This document shows, one piece after another, positions 36,101-59,290 of a DNA stretch of 64,000 nt. Source of the DNA: Hypanus sabinus (taxonomy: Eukaryota). The DNA lies in assembly GCF_030144855.1 (NCBI RefSeq), contig NC_082707.1, positions 30,752,001 through 30,816,000 on the forward strand, in the 5' to 3' direction. A program made the position numbers and the translations under genes. Numbering within the stretch: position 1 is the first letter of the stretch; each line of letters starts with the position of its first letter. Under the pieces are notes generated by a model. That model made no database searches. It was not told the DNA's origin and saw only the letters and a program-made list of their open reading frames with translations.

Positions 36101-39100
36101 TTTAAGAGCAGTTTCTAATTTAAAGGCTAAAAATGATCAATGCTGTGAATATGCATTTTTAATAACTGTAGCCATATTTATTTCTATTGGTGGGTTCTGT
36201 ATTTTCAAAAGTTAAGACTAACCCAAAGCAAAGAATGCTTGCTATTCTCTTCCTGGAAATGAGCATATTTCTTCAATTACTTCATGGTGTGAGAGGTCAT
36301 TTATCAGATGTGGAAAATACACCAATGGAGTTTTGATTCTGAGCTAGCAACCATGGGTCAGGAGTTCATGTCTCACTATGGTAGAGGCAAAATAAATCCA
36401 GACTTTTGATATGATATAAAGACAATAAAAAGTATCATTACATTTCAGGAAGGACACATGTGACCCCTATCTTGTAGGTTGTAATGGTGATTATCAATTA
36501 GGATTTATATCTGTGATGAAGTTGAAAGACTACTTGGAACTGTCAGGCTAATATGCAAGTTTCCTGTCACCTTTAAGCAATCCAATTTCCTACTAACTTC
36601 ACAGGTTCTCATTCATTATGAACCAGCAAAGCTGTGTCTGCCATTCTATGATACTTTGCCTTGTGCTGTTGGCATTGAGACTTTACCAGTATATTTTTTT
36701 TACTTTTCTATTGTCTCATATTTATTCAATTCTCTTTCAATCCCACTTCGGCAACAATCTGAATTAAGAATTGTTCATTTGTATTTTTGTTTCCCCAGAC
36801 TGTGCCAACTGATATAATTGATGGTCTTTTAGTTGCTTGTCACAGTAGTTCATTTGAGAAACTGGAAACCATGGTAAAGGTGAGAACTCTTAATTTAATC
36901 AAATATTGGGCAGAGCTTTTGACAGCCTGGCCATTAAAGTCAAAGATGAAAATGCCCCAATATTGTTTTATGAAAAGAAATACTGGAAAGTTAATTACAT
37001 CAAGCTAATTACCAGGTTTGTAGAATGACAACCTAATACAACCAAGTAGAAAGCTAATAGTGACATATTTAAAACTTTCAAACAAGTTTTCCCATCAGAT
37101 TGGGGGATGTGATAGTCAAAAATGCTTTTATTTTAATCTAGATGAAGATTAGGTATTTGGGATGGAAAATATATTTGTTCAATTCAACCATTCTTTCCCG
37201 TGCAATAGTAAATAATCAAAATTTTACTGTCATGTGTATAAAATAGCCTTTGTTAAAATTCAGTGTACAGTGAACATCTGCAGCGTTTTTACTTTTTTCC
37301 TGAAATGTTAAGTCACCATACTGATGAAAACATTCCTTTAGACAGTGATCCTTTAAACACTGAAGCTCCTTATCCAGGGAATATAAAAACTGACTGTAAA
37401 AGCTTTTATAGATATGTGAAGACAAATGTAGGTCCTTTACAGTCAGAAACGGGTGAATTGATCATAGGGAACAAAGACATGACAGACCAATTGAATAACT
37501 ACTTTGGTTCTTTCTTCACTAAGGACATAAATAATCTTCCGGAAATAGTAAGGGACCGAGGGTCCAGTGAGATGGAGGAACTTAGGAATATACATGTTAG
37601 TAGGGAAGTGGTGTTAGGTAAATTGAAGAGATTAAGGCTGATAAATCTCCAGGGGCAGATGGTCTGCATCCCAGAGTGCTTAAGGAAGTAGCCAAAGAAA
37701 TAGTGGGTGCATTAGTGATAATTTTTCAAAACTCCTTAGATTCTGGATTAGTTCCTGAGAATTGGAGGGTGGCTAATATGACCCCACTTTTTAAAAAAGG
37801 AGGGAGAGAAAAAGTGGGGAATTATAGACCGGTGAGTCTGACATCGGTAGTGGTGGAAAATGCTAGTCAGTTATCAAAGATGTGATAATAGCACATTTGG
37901 AAAGCGGTGAAATCATCGGACAAAGTCAGCATAGATTTGTGAAAGGAAAATCATGTCTGACGAATCTTACAGAATTTTTTGAAGATGTAACTAGTTGAGT
38001 GGATAGGGGAGAGCCAGTGGATGTGGTATATTTAGACTTTCAAAAGGCTTTTGACAAGGTCCCACACAGGAGATTAGTGTGCAAACTTAAAGCACACAAT
38101 ATTGGGGGTATGGTATTGACGTGGATAGAGAATTGGTTGGCAGACAGGAAGCAAAGAGTTGGAGTAAACGGGACCTTTTCAGAATGGCAGGCGGTGGTGA
38201 CTGATGGGATACCGTAAGGCTCGGTTGTTTACAATACATATTAATGATTTAGACGAAGGAATTAAATGCAGCATCTCCAAGTTTGCGGATGATGTGAAGC
38301 TGGGCGGCAGTGTTAGCTGTGAGGATGATGCAGGGTGACTTGGATAGGTTAGGTGAGTGGGCAAATTCGTGGCAGATGCAATTTAATGTGGATAAATGTG
38401 AGGTTATCCACTTCGGTTGCAAGAACAGGAAAACATTTATTATCTGAATGGTGGCCGATTAGGAAAAGGGGAGGTGCAACAAGACCTGGGTGTCATTGTA
38501 CACCAGTCATTGAAGGTGGGTATGCAGGTACAGCAGGCAGTGAAAAAGGCAAATGGTATGTTAGCATTCATAGCAAAAAGATTTTGAGTACAGGAGCAGG
38601 GAAGTTCTACTGCAGTTGTACAAGGCCTTGGTGAGACCGCACCTGGAGTATTGTGTGCAGTTTTGGTCCCCTAATCTGAGGAAAGACATTTTTGCCATAG
38701 GAGTACAAAGAAGGTTCACCAGATTGATTCCTGGGATGGCAGGACTTTCATATGAAGACTGGATCGACTAGGCTTATACTCACTGGAATTTAGAAGATTG
38801 AGGGGGTATCTTATTGAAATGTATAAAATTCTAAAGGGATTGGACAGGCTAGATGCAGGAAGATTGTTTCCGATGTTGGGGAAGTCCAGAATGAGGGGTC
38901 ACAGTTTAAGGATAAAGGGGAAGCCTTTTAGGACCGAGATGAGGAAGAACTTCACACAGAGTGGTGAATCTGTGGAATTCTCTGCCACAGGAAACAGTTG
39001 AGGCAGTTTAATTGGCTATATTCGAGTTAGATATGGCCCTTGTGGCTAAAGGGATCAGGGGGTATGGAGAGAAAGCAGGTACAGGATGATCGATCAGTCT

Positions 39101-40338
39101 GGATCATAATGTATGTTGGTACAGGCTCAAAGGGCTGAATGGCCCACCCCTGCACTTATTTTCTATGTTTCTATCGTATGAATTCCTTTCACAAGACTTC
39201 AGTTCACCAGCATCTCAGAATATGCTTACTGGTAAACAATTGTGAATGGTATTTGGTTGCAACTCTGTTCTTTTGGATAAAGGAATGTATATAGTACAAA
39301 TCTGATCAGAATCCTCTATTAGCTTCTGCATTATCATATTGGCAATGACTCGTGCTCTTTATCTGTTTAACAAATGCCTGTTTCTGTAGAAAATATGTCA
39401 TTGTACTGTGCATGACTCAATGAGAGTAGGGTCTTGTTTCTATTTCCATGGTATGCATTTAAGAGAACATTTTTTTCATCCATTCTGTCAGAACGTGATT
39501 AATGAAGGTTATGCTGCAACACAATTAATCACCCAGCTACATGATGTCATCGTTGATAAAGATGATCTTAATGACAAACAGAAGTCTGCCCTCACACTAA
39601 AATTGGCAGTAAGTATGTCTCCTTTATAAATTTAGAACATGTTGGCAAGCTGTTGATTTGTGCTTATCCAGTAGTCAAAATCTTATCCTTAGATGATTTT
39701 GATCCCCACAATTATGATTTTGATAAAAGATGTAATGAACAAGTTAATGGTAGTTACCCTAGAAATAGCTTTTAATAGCATGGATCTACTTTTCCTGGTA
39801 TTCAAAGATGTAATTGTTTAAAAGCAAGTATTTCTTTTAGCTGCCATAGTTTAACAGAGTACACCACTTTTTTGTTGTTAGGTGTGATTTTATTAAAAAT
39901 TATAACTGATGTCCTTTTAATTTGTCCTGGTTTCATATTTCTGAATCCAACAGCTGTTCTATGACCCAGCACCAAATCCTGCAAAACAAAAATGCAATTA
40001 ATTAAAATTTTGCATTTTGAATTGTACAGCAGTATTTTGCTGATTGAGTTTAGTTCTTCAACTGATCAGAAAATTTATTTTTTTCTGCAGTGAGGAACAA
40101 TGGGTTGAAAAGCCTTGAAATTGTTCCTGCATACTTTCTAAAGGGTTCTTATTTGTTTTGGTGTTAGAGCTGCATTGAAATGTAACAAATAAACTGGAAA
40201 GCATGGCATAGTCTTACATTAATTTTTTTAATGGGTTGTTTTTTCCAGGAAGTTGACAAGTGCTTGGCTGATGGCGCTGATGAGTATCTGCAGATGATTG
40301 CTCTTTGTGCAGTTATTATGCAACAATTTACACAATAG
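21050..40338 (+). CDS. RFC4: Replication factor C subunit 4 (clamp loader AAA+ ATPase), spliced, 358 aa
   Basis: join(21050-21168,25732-25810,26380-26459,29682-29801,31221-31364,35320-35440,35786-35911,36799-36879,39492-39608,40249-40338) = 1077 nt, open, all GT-AG. Motifs [39 protein letters not shown]. Confidence 0.97.
21592..21957 (+). mobile_element. CR1 3' fragment, RFC4 intron 2
   Basis: [30 protein letters not shown]; CR1 tail. Confidence 0.85.
22585..23015 (-). mobile_element. V-SINE-like fragments (two tandem partial copies)
   Basis: Plus strand GTGGGAGGAAGCTGGAGCAC (V-domain complement) and GGATTTGAACCCC (B-box complement). Confidence 0.55.
23505..24661 (+). mobile_element. Rex1/Babar LINE fragment, RFC4 intron 2
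   Basis: [30 protein letters not shown] remnants; tail (TTCAA)n. Confidence 0.88.
25732..25810 (+). CDS. RFC4: RFC4 exon 3
   Basis: [26 protein letters not shown]; AG/GTGAGT. Confidence 0.95.
26380..26459 (+). CDS. RFC4: RFC4 exon 4 (Walker A)
   Basis: [26 protein letters not shown]; AG/GTAAGG. Confidence 0.95.
26745..27460 (+). mobile_element. Rex1/Babar 3' fragment
   Basis: [21 protein letters not shown] remnant. Confidence 0.75.
27690..28065 (+). mobile_element. Old CR1 3' fragment
   Basis: [19 protein letters not shown] remnants. Confidence 0.65.
28175..28860 (+). mobile_element. Rex1/Babar 3' fragment
   Basis: [28 protein letters not shown]. Confidence 0.7.
29682..29801 (+). CDS. 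RFC4: RFC4 exon 5
   Basis: [31 protein letters not shown]; AG/GTAAGT. Confidence 0.95.
30230..30700 (+). mobile_element. Rex1/Babar 3' fragment
   Basis: [30 protein letters not shown]. Confidence 0.65.
31221..31364 (+). CDS. RFC4: RFC4 exon 6 (Walker B)
   Basis: [31 protein letters not shown]...CNYIS; AG/GTAGGA. Confidence 0.95.
31552..31921. mobile_element. Tigger4/Zombi-like MITE (pogo superfamily)
   Basis: Imperfect TIRs AGGTTCATTGTCCCTTAT / ATAAGGGGTACTCAACCT, TA on both flanks; subterminal GAAATGCTTGGGGCTGGAAGTGTTTCAGATTT. Confidence 0.7.
31930..34585 (-). mobile_element. L2 LINE remnant split by a Rex1/Babar insertion
   Basis: [14 protein letters not shown] (about 32100-32160), [24 protein letters not shown] (33936-34124), endonuclease-like GDLKIHIN (about 34470). 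Confidence 0.75.
32476..33586 (-). mobile_element. Rex1/Babar LINE fragment, RFC4 intron 6
   Basis: ORF 32818-33429 [18 protein letters not shown]; same family as 23505-24661. Confidence 0.9.
35320..35440 (+). CDS. RFC4: RFC4 exon 7 (SRC motif)
   Basis: [17 protein letters not shown]; AG/GTAAGT. Confidence 0.95.
35786..35911 (+). CDS. RFC4: RFC4 exon 8
   Basis: [23 protein letters not shown]; AG/GTAAGA. Confidence 0.95.
36799..36879 (+). CDS. RFC4: RFC4 exon 9
   Basis: [27 protein letters not shown]; AG/GTGAGA. Confidence 0.93.
37375..39174 (+). mobile_element. CR1 fragment, RFC4 intron 9
   Basis: Frameshifted RT ORFs ([26 protein letters not shown]); tail (TTCTATGT)n. Confidence 0.92.
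39492..39608 (+). CDS. RFC4: RFC4 exon 10
   Basis: [19 protein letters not shown]...[11 protein letters not shown]; AG/GTAAGT. Confidence 0.95.
40249..40338 (+). CDS. RFC4: RFC4 exon 11 (stop)
   Basis: [29 protein letters not shown]. Confidence 0.95.
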   Translation, partial: EVDKCLADGADEYLQMIALCAVIMQQFTQ

Positions 40339-40541
40339 TTAATAAATTTTTGAGCTACAGAACTTTTCTTATCAAGATGTGCAAGTACAATTTACACCAA
40401 AACCACGTTGAACCTGATGACATTTTTAACTACATAAATTCTTTAATACTGCCAACATACCCATACATTAGTAAGACTTGCTGTATGTACATGTTTGGAA
40501 TTAAGTTTATGATATTGTGATGTGCACTTTGTGCACAGAAA

Positions 40542-40547
40542 AATAAA
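40542..40547 (+). terminator. Candidate RFC4 polyadenylation signal
   Basis: AATAAA about 200 nt after the stop; another AATAAA at 40341-40346. Confidence 0.5.
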
Positions 40548-42791
40548 TCTTTGACTGAAATTTGGCCCAAGCTTAGAATCTTTAAACCAAGTTTTTGCTC
40601 CTCTGTCCTAACACTACTTCTATTTTCTTCAGTCATACTCTTTGGGAAAAAGTCAGGCTTTACCTACGAGTATAGTTAGTACATGCATATTTTTGTACCT
40701 TTATGCGTGTTCCAACAAAGCCTTATGGTCAGCAGTAGCGATTATTTCTTCTATCAAACTTATTGCTTGCACACTAAAGTCAAAGCTTTGGAGGTTCAAA
40801 TCCCACTCAAGTTACTATCTGCATTGCCAAACCAGCTGTAGGCTTTGTCCATTTCTGTTCATCCTGCAGCAATTCAGGTACAGTAAAATTCAGGATGCAT
40901 TGTGGTTAAAATATAAAATGCCTAATTAATGTGAGTGGCTGGAAGCATAGCTTTTGACTGCATTCTGAAAAGGAATTGGCATCCTTCTAGCTACAGGCAT
41001 CTTAATCCTTTAAAACCTACTTTTCATTGCTTTCAGTCAGGATGAGGATTTTAAGCTATTAAAGTTGCATTGGCAGAAATTAAAACAATTTCAATTTCCT
41101 GTCCCATTTCCTGTACCAGTTTTCTATAAATCTAAATTATAACACTGCTTTTCTAAGCCACTGACTGTTAGGTGACCAGAATAAACTCTGCATCATCATC
41201 AGAACCCCACAAATTTAACACTAGCAGGCATGGATTCATGTATTATAGAACATGATATAGTATCCCCATTCACTGGAAGTTTAAACTTGCACCTCATGAC
41301 CCTCATCCTTCAGTTACAGTAATATGATCCTTGCTTAACCACCCATAGAAAAAAATCACCCACAACAGTATTTTTTCACCTCTACATTGATCAGCCACAC
41401 CTGTGTAACATTAGATTTGACATTTTTCTTGACTAAGGTTTCTAAAAGATTTAAGTTTTTTTCTTTTACCAAATTAGCAGTTATGTCGTACCCTTTTCAA
41501 AAATTAAGGCATAAATTGCAGTTACACTACCTTATATATAAGTGCCAACACAACTTTCTACAAGCATCATTTACACAACCAGCTGAACCTCCTAGCAACT
41601 AACTTGTTAAATATCAAAACAGCCATGCAATTTTTTTTGCTCCTCCTAACAAAGAGGTCAACAATGCATGCTCAAATCAACTTTAATAGCTTTACATGCC
41701 AACAATTTGAATTCAAAATGCAATTCAGCAGAATTATAGCACCCAAACAGTCCTGTTCCAAAAGACCTAATCATATATTCAATTTGCATATGGAATACTT
41801 GAAATTCTAATTGCATATTGAGCCATGGTGCATGCATAGCTTAAATCTAAATGGCAACCACAATTAGTGGGATAATTGTATGTAACCCTCAAGTATTAGT
41901 GTCACTTATTCAAAAGCACAGCAGGAATGACCCTGTAATATCAGCTTATTTTGCTATATTTTATACCACAAAAATTGTGCAAATATGCACCATTACAAAT
42001 CTACGGCTAATATTTCCTATACATCAACTCTCCATAAGTATTAATGACATGGTTTAAAAGTTGAAAGATGTGTATTTTTACTATTGAGCAGTCTGTACAA
42101 TCTCCTAGTCGGTTGTCTTTCAGAGTAAACATAAATATTCAGAAGATGGGTAGCGATAGAATACATAAATTAGAACAGCCCATATACAATAAACAAAACT
42201 ACAAAGTTACAAAAATAAAGATGCAATGCAGGAATGCAGTTACAACATCCAGCTTCTTTCCAAACTAGTTCCAAATCTTATTTGCACACATATCCTGGGC
42301 AAACAGCTACTGGGAAGCCAAAACTGTGCAGGTCTTTGCACAACTCAAATGTCTTATTAATACAAATACATGTAGTAGATTACTCTAGAAAAGTGCACAT
42401 ACATTACCAGTTGATTGGCAAGCTTCATTTTAAAATAGTTGTAGATATGCCAGTTTGACATAATTGGCTGATTTAACACAGCACTTGAATTTTTTAGTCC
42501 ATAAGTAAACTATTAAGTGATAAAGAATATCAAACAGAAATGCTACTACAGAACTTTCAAAACACTGAAGGGCATATACATTTAAACACCCCATGACTTA
42601 AACTTCCCACCCCAGCAGTCAACACCATAAGAGGATTATAACCAAAGGCCTTCCTCAAGTCACTTATCACTGCTGGATTTCTGATCCTGTTTGCACATGG
42701 GAGAAGAAATTCAACAATTCTGGTGAAGCAGCACAACGCACCATGTAGCCTGATAATTCAGCAGCTGCAAATGCAATTTCTCATGCCATCA

Positions 42792-54235
<11,444 letters not shown>

Positions 54236-54600
54236 CTTGACCAACCGCTCCTCCACACGCCCTTTAACTGAAAGGAAGCACTCAGCCCGTCCTGGCCTTC
54301 TTTATACCGTCGCCGCCGAGCCACTTCCGGTGAGGGGCCAAAACCTCGCCTACAAGCCGCCAACCAGTCCGCTCAGAAACGGCCTCGCTGCCAACCCGCC
54401 GATGGGTCCGAATCGGACACTGTTTATACCGGGGCTGCTGCTTCCCGCTTATCTTTGGCCAAGGCGCTATTTTCCGCAGCGGAGGAATATCGCCTTGGGA
54501 AAAACCGATCCGAGCACTCCGCACTGACGGGGTTTCTCCAACTGCCCCTTGTGTAGGCCACGCCCCCTTTGCCCCGCTCCCTCCCCCACCCTCCTGTCCA
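54236..54600 (-). promoter_or_regulatory. EIF4A2 promoter/5'UTR: TATA box, pyrimidine initiator, ETS and GC boxes
   Basis: Minus-strand TATAAA at 54306-54301; CTTCCTTTC starts 28 nt downstream (54278); ACCGGAAGTG at 54331-54322; CpG island extends into intron 1. Confidence 0.7.
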
Positions 54601-54802
54601 CTGTATCAATGGTCCTTGAGACTGGGCCCAAATGGACAATTGCTGGGGACTTATCAGCTTTTTACCTTCAGTTCCCCCAATAACTGCAACTACAGTTATT
54701 TCAAATGTAAAAATCATAAATGATTTACCCTTTCTTCAATTCTGCAGCATTATTTTTAAATCGTGAATCATTCTTATAAACTAGATGCCCTGATCTCTTG
54801 AG

Positions 54803-54965
54803 TAACACACACAAATTACTAGCGTAACTGATGCAGGTCAGGCAGCATCTATAGAAATTAATTAACAGTCGACGTTGTGGGATGAGACCTTTCTTGAGTC
54901 CTGCATTTTGTGTGTGTTTGTGTGTTACTTTGAATTTCCAGCATTTTATAGGTTTTCTGGTGTTT
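54803..54965. mobile_element. Inverted Penelope-tail element with degenerate hammerhead motif
   Basis: Minus arm 54803-54900 (GGTCTCATCCCACAACGTCGACT) abutting a plus arm GCATTTTGTGTGTG..GAATTTCCAGCA. Confidence 0.7.
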
Positions 54966-56511
54966 ATGATCCTGATCTCTTGGATGGGTTTTGTCGCAAA
55001 TGAGTCCGGCTGTGCAACTTGCCATTGAGTCCTGGAGAAGCACCATCATACAGGACTTAGCAGTATTCTCATTCGTATTTGAAAAGGCTGTAGGTTTAAA
55101 TCCTATTCCAGTGACCTGAGGAGGTGTCACACTGATGAAGTACTATTTATTGAATAAAGTGAAAAAAATTATGGTTTGAATACACTCATTCGATGTAGAA
55201 AATCGACAGGGTTCATTTGGCACAGGGATGCAGCAGGCAGTGTTTACTGAATCACAGTTCCAAAGATCTGCATTCAGTCCTGAACTGGACTGCTGCTGGT
55301 GTGAATTTGCTTTTTTCCTATTGATCATGTGGGTTTACATACGCCAAAAGACATACTGGTTAGTAGGTCAATTGCCTGCTGTAAACTACCACTAACATAA
55401 GTAGGTAGGAGAAATTGGTGGAGGGAGTGGGTGGGGAAGTTCAAGGACGTGAAAGAGAATAGGTCACATGGAAAATATATGCGAAGTAATAAAAATGTTC
55501 TGAGTTGGCATGTGTCCATGGGCCAAAAAGTCATGATAAAATATAAATGTAAAGATAGGTGAAGGAATCAGAATCAGGTTTATTATCACTGGCACATGTC
55601 GTGAAACTTGTTATATAACTCTACATACTATTTTGATATGGGCTCTATATTACTACTTAAACATATTTAACAAAAGGCAGATGGTATTTTCACTGATTCA
55701 TTGTCAAATATTATTACACACTAATTCCCTCCTCCCCCACACTCCATGCAAGTACTATATACAGACACACACACGCACAAAATATTGGGTTAGTTGCACA
55801 TTGTAAGAATTTGATGTTGCAATTAGATTCTGAAATATATTTTAGAATTGTTCGTATATTTCAAATGTTCTTTGCAAAATGAGGAGCAGATGCAATGAGA
55901 TGAGCATGAATATGTTGGAGTGAGAGAGACCAGTTTGAACTCAGATAGATTTTAAGATTAACAACTCGAAGTATTGCACGTGCACAGACCAAGGCAGTTG
56001 AGGAGTTAAGGGCATTACAATAGATTGATAACATAGAAACTGAACTTTTGGCCTAACATGCTTGTGCTTTTAAGCCTCTTTGTTCATTTAGTCTTATTTT
56101 CAAATCTGTCCAATCCTTTCTTCATTACAACTTCAGGCTCCACTTCAGAGAATTTAAACAGAAATGTGATGACACCACACCATTGACTGATTGTTGCTTT
56201 ATTCAGATATCTTTTGGATGAGATATTAAACTGACTCAGTGTGGGTAAAATATCTTGTGAGTAATGAGATGAAGATTGCACTCAGGAAAGCATTGAACCA
56301 AAGGAATTCACTTGTTTGGCACCAGTTTGTAGTGAGATTAAATCTGTGGAAGTTTGGTTGCTGTGTTCCCTAGATTGTGACAGTAATCACACTTTAAAAA
56401 GCATTCTGATGACTATCAAGTCCTTGGATTGTACTTTTTCTTTCTCAACTTGTACTAGTGTGATTAAGGTCATTTTATAACTTTTGTATAATTTATGTTA
56501 ACTTAAAGCAT

Positions 56512-58059
56512 TAGACAATAGACAATAGGTGCAGAAGTAGATCATTCGGCCCCTCGAGTCTGCACCGCCATTCTGAGATCATGGCTGATCATTCACTATC
56601 AATACCCAGTCCCTGCCTTGTCCCCATATCCCTTGATTCCCCTATCCATCAGATATCTATCTAGCTCCTTCTTGAAAGCATCCAGAGAATTGGCCTCCAC
56701 CGTCTTCCGAGGCAGTGCATTCCACACCTCCACAACTCTCTGGGAGAAGAAGCTCTTCCTCAACTCTGTTTTAAATAACTGACCTCTTATTCTCAATCCA
56801 TGCCCTCTGGTACTGGACTCTCCCAACATCTGGAACATATTTCCTGCCTCAATTCTATCAAATCCTTTAATTATCTTAAACGTTTCAATCAGATCCCCTC
56901 TCAATCTCCTCAATTCCAGCGTGTACAAGCCCAATCTCTCCAATCTCTCTGCGTAAGACAGCCCTGCCATCCCAGGAATCAACCTAGTGAATCTACGCTG
57001 CACTTCCTCAATTGCCAGAATGTCCTTCCTTAAACCTGGAGACCAAAACTGTACACAATATTCCAGGTGTGGTCTCACCAGGGCCCTGTACAAATGCAAA
57101 AGGACATCCTTGCTCTTGTACTCAGTTCCCCTTGTAACAAAGGCCAACATTCCATTTGCCCTCTTCACTGCCTGTTGCACTTGCTCATTCACCTTCATTG
57201 ACTGGTGAACTAGGACTCCTAGGTCTCTCTGCATTTCTCCCTTACCTAACTCGACACCGTTCAGACAATACTCTGCCCTCTTGTTCCTGCTTCCAAAGTG
57301 GATAACTTCACATTTATTCACATTGAATGACATCTGCCAAGTATCTGCCCACTCACCCAGCCTATCCAAGTCTCCCTGTATTCTCCTAACGTCCTCTTCG
57401 CATGTCACACTGCCACCCAGTTTAGTATCGTCAGCAAACTTGCTGATATAGTTTTCAATGCCCTCATCTAAATCATTGACATAAATCGTAAAGAGCTGTG
57501 GTCCCAATACAGAGCCCTGTGGTACCCCACTAGTCACCTCCAGCCAGTCCAAGAAACACCCATTCACTGCTACCCTTTGCTTTCTATCTGCCAACCAGTT
57601 TTCTATCCATGTTGAAACCCTGCCCCTAATGCCATGAGCTCTGATTTTACTCACCAATCTCCTATGTGGCACCTTATCGAATGCCTTCTGAAAATCTAGG
57701 TACACAACATCCACTGGCTTACCCTCGTCTAACATCCTTGTTACACCCTCAAAAAACTCCAACAGATTAGTCAAGCATGATTTGCCCTTGGTAAATCCAT
57801 GCTGGCTCGGCCTAATCCTATTTCTGCCATCGAGATGTGCCACTATTTCGTCCTTAATAATGGACTCAAGCATCTTCCCCACGACTGACGTTAGGCTAAC
57901 AGGGCGATAGTTCTCCGTTTTCTCCTTCCCTCCCTTCTTGAAAAGTGGGATAACATTAGCCACTTTCCAATCTTCAGGAACTGATCCTGAATCAAAGGAA
58001 CATTGGAAAATGATTACCAATGCATCCGCAATTTCCTGAGCCACCTCTTTTAGAACCCT
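56512..58059 (-). mobile_element. CR1 LINE, 5'-truncated, intact RT ORF
   Basis: Nearly identical to 2069-3638 (10 aa differences over 481 aa); same tail. Confidence 0.96.
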
Positions 58060-58708
58060 TGTGCAGAAGTCTAAGGTACACATAGAGCTAGGATGCCTAA
58101 CACTTTTGCACGGTACTGTAGTAAATTTATGTATTGTACTGACTGCTGACACAAAAATAAAATTCATGATGTGTATGGGTGATGATAAACCTAATTCTGA
58201 TATGGGTCTCTGCTGGGGACTGGGAGTGGGAAGGGGGGCAGGGAGAGGGGAATCCTGGTTGGGAAAAGGGGAAGGGAGAAGGGTGGGAGCAGGAAGCACC
58301 AGAGGGACATTCTGTAATGATCAATATTCCAGTTGTGTGGTGTCAAACAGCCTTGTCTGGTGTCTCAGGGCTGGGTGTGTTTGCACCCATGCTACCACCC
58401 ACCCCACTCTCCCATCATTTATACCCTGTGTGCATATGTATACCTGTAACAATAAACTTGAACTTGAACATGAGTGATTGAGATATCCAGAAATGATAAA
58501 TTTATGGGTTTTGATCACCATATAAATGCATTCTGCCTATTAAATCTTTCCTGATACATATTATATTTGTCTGTCAATAATCAGGGTAACATTAGTAACT
58601 TGCTTTTGCAACATTTTAAGGAGAAGTAAAGGTTGAGGATTCTAAGAGGTGCTGGTGGAGAACACTGGGAGACCAAGCAGATGGTTTCAGAGCCTTTGGT
58701 GACTCTTT

Positions 58709-58805
58709 ACTCCTGGTGAAGGGTCTTGGCCCGAAACATCGACTATCCCCCTCCATAAATGCTGCCTCACCTGCCGAGCACTTCCAGCACATGTGTGTGC
58801 TACTC
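58709..58805 (+). mobile_element. Penelope-tail repeat with hammerhead motif
   Basis: CTGGTGA-AGGGTCTTGGCCC-GAAACATC-GACT followed by ATGCTGCCTCACCTGCCGAG arm. Confidence 0.75.
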
Positions 58806-58914
58806 TGAGAATGAAATAATTGTTACTCTAGATCTGATGCAGCATATATTAAAACACACTAAATATCAATACATAAGACAGTTTATATTCATATACTGAT
58901 CATATGTACTCTAT

Positions 58915-59290
58915 GTAGGGGTAAAGATTTTATCAAAGTGCACGTGTCACAATGTACTCCCCTGAGATTAATTTTCTTATGGGCATTCACAGTAAATTAT
59001 AAGAAACTCAATGGAATCAATGACACTGCAAAGACGGACAAACAATGTTCAAAAGACAAAATGCAAAAACAAAAAGCAAAATAGTAATTATAAATAAATA
59101 TTGAGAACATGAGATGAAAGGTCCTTGAAAGTGAGTCCATAGGTTGTGGGGCAATGACGGGGCAAGTGAAATTGAGTGAAGTTATCTGCCCCCTCTGGTT
59201 CAAGAGCCTGATCGTTGAGGGGTAATGAATGTCCCTGAACCTGGTATTGTGGGACCTAAGGCTTTTGTACCTCCTTCCCAGTGGTGATTT
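58915..59290 (-). mobile_element. Rex1/Babar 3' end fragment
   Basis: PLGRRYKSLRSHNTRFRDIHYPSTIRLLN. Confidence 0.7.
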
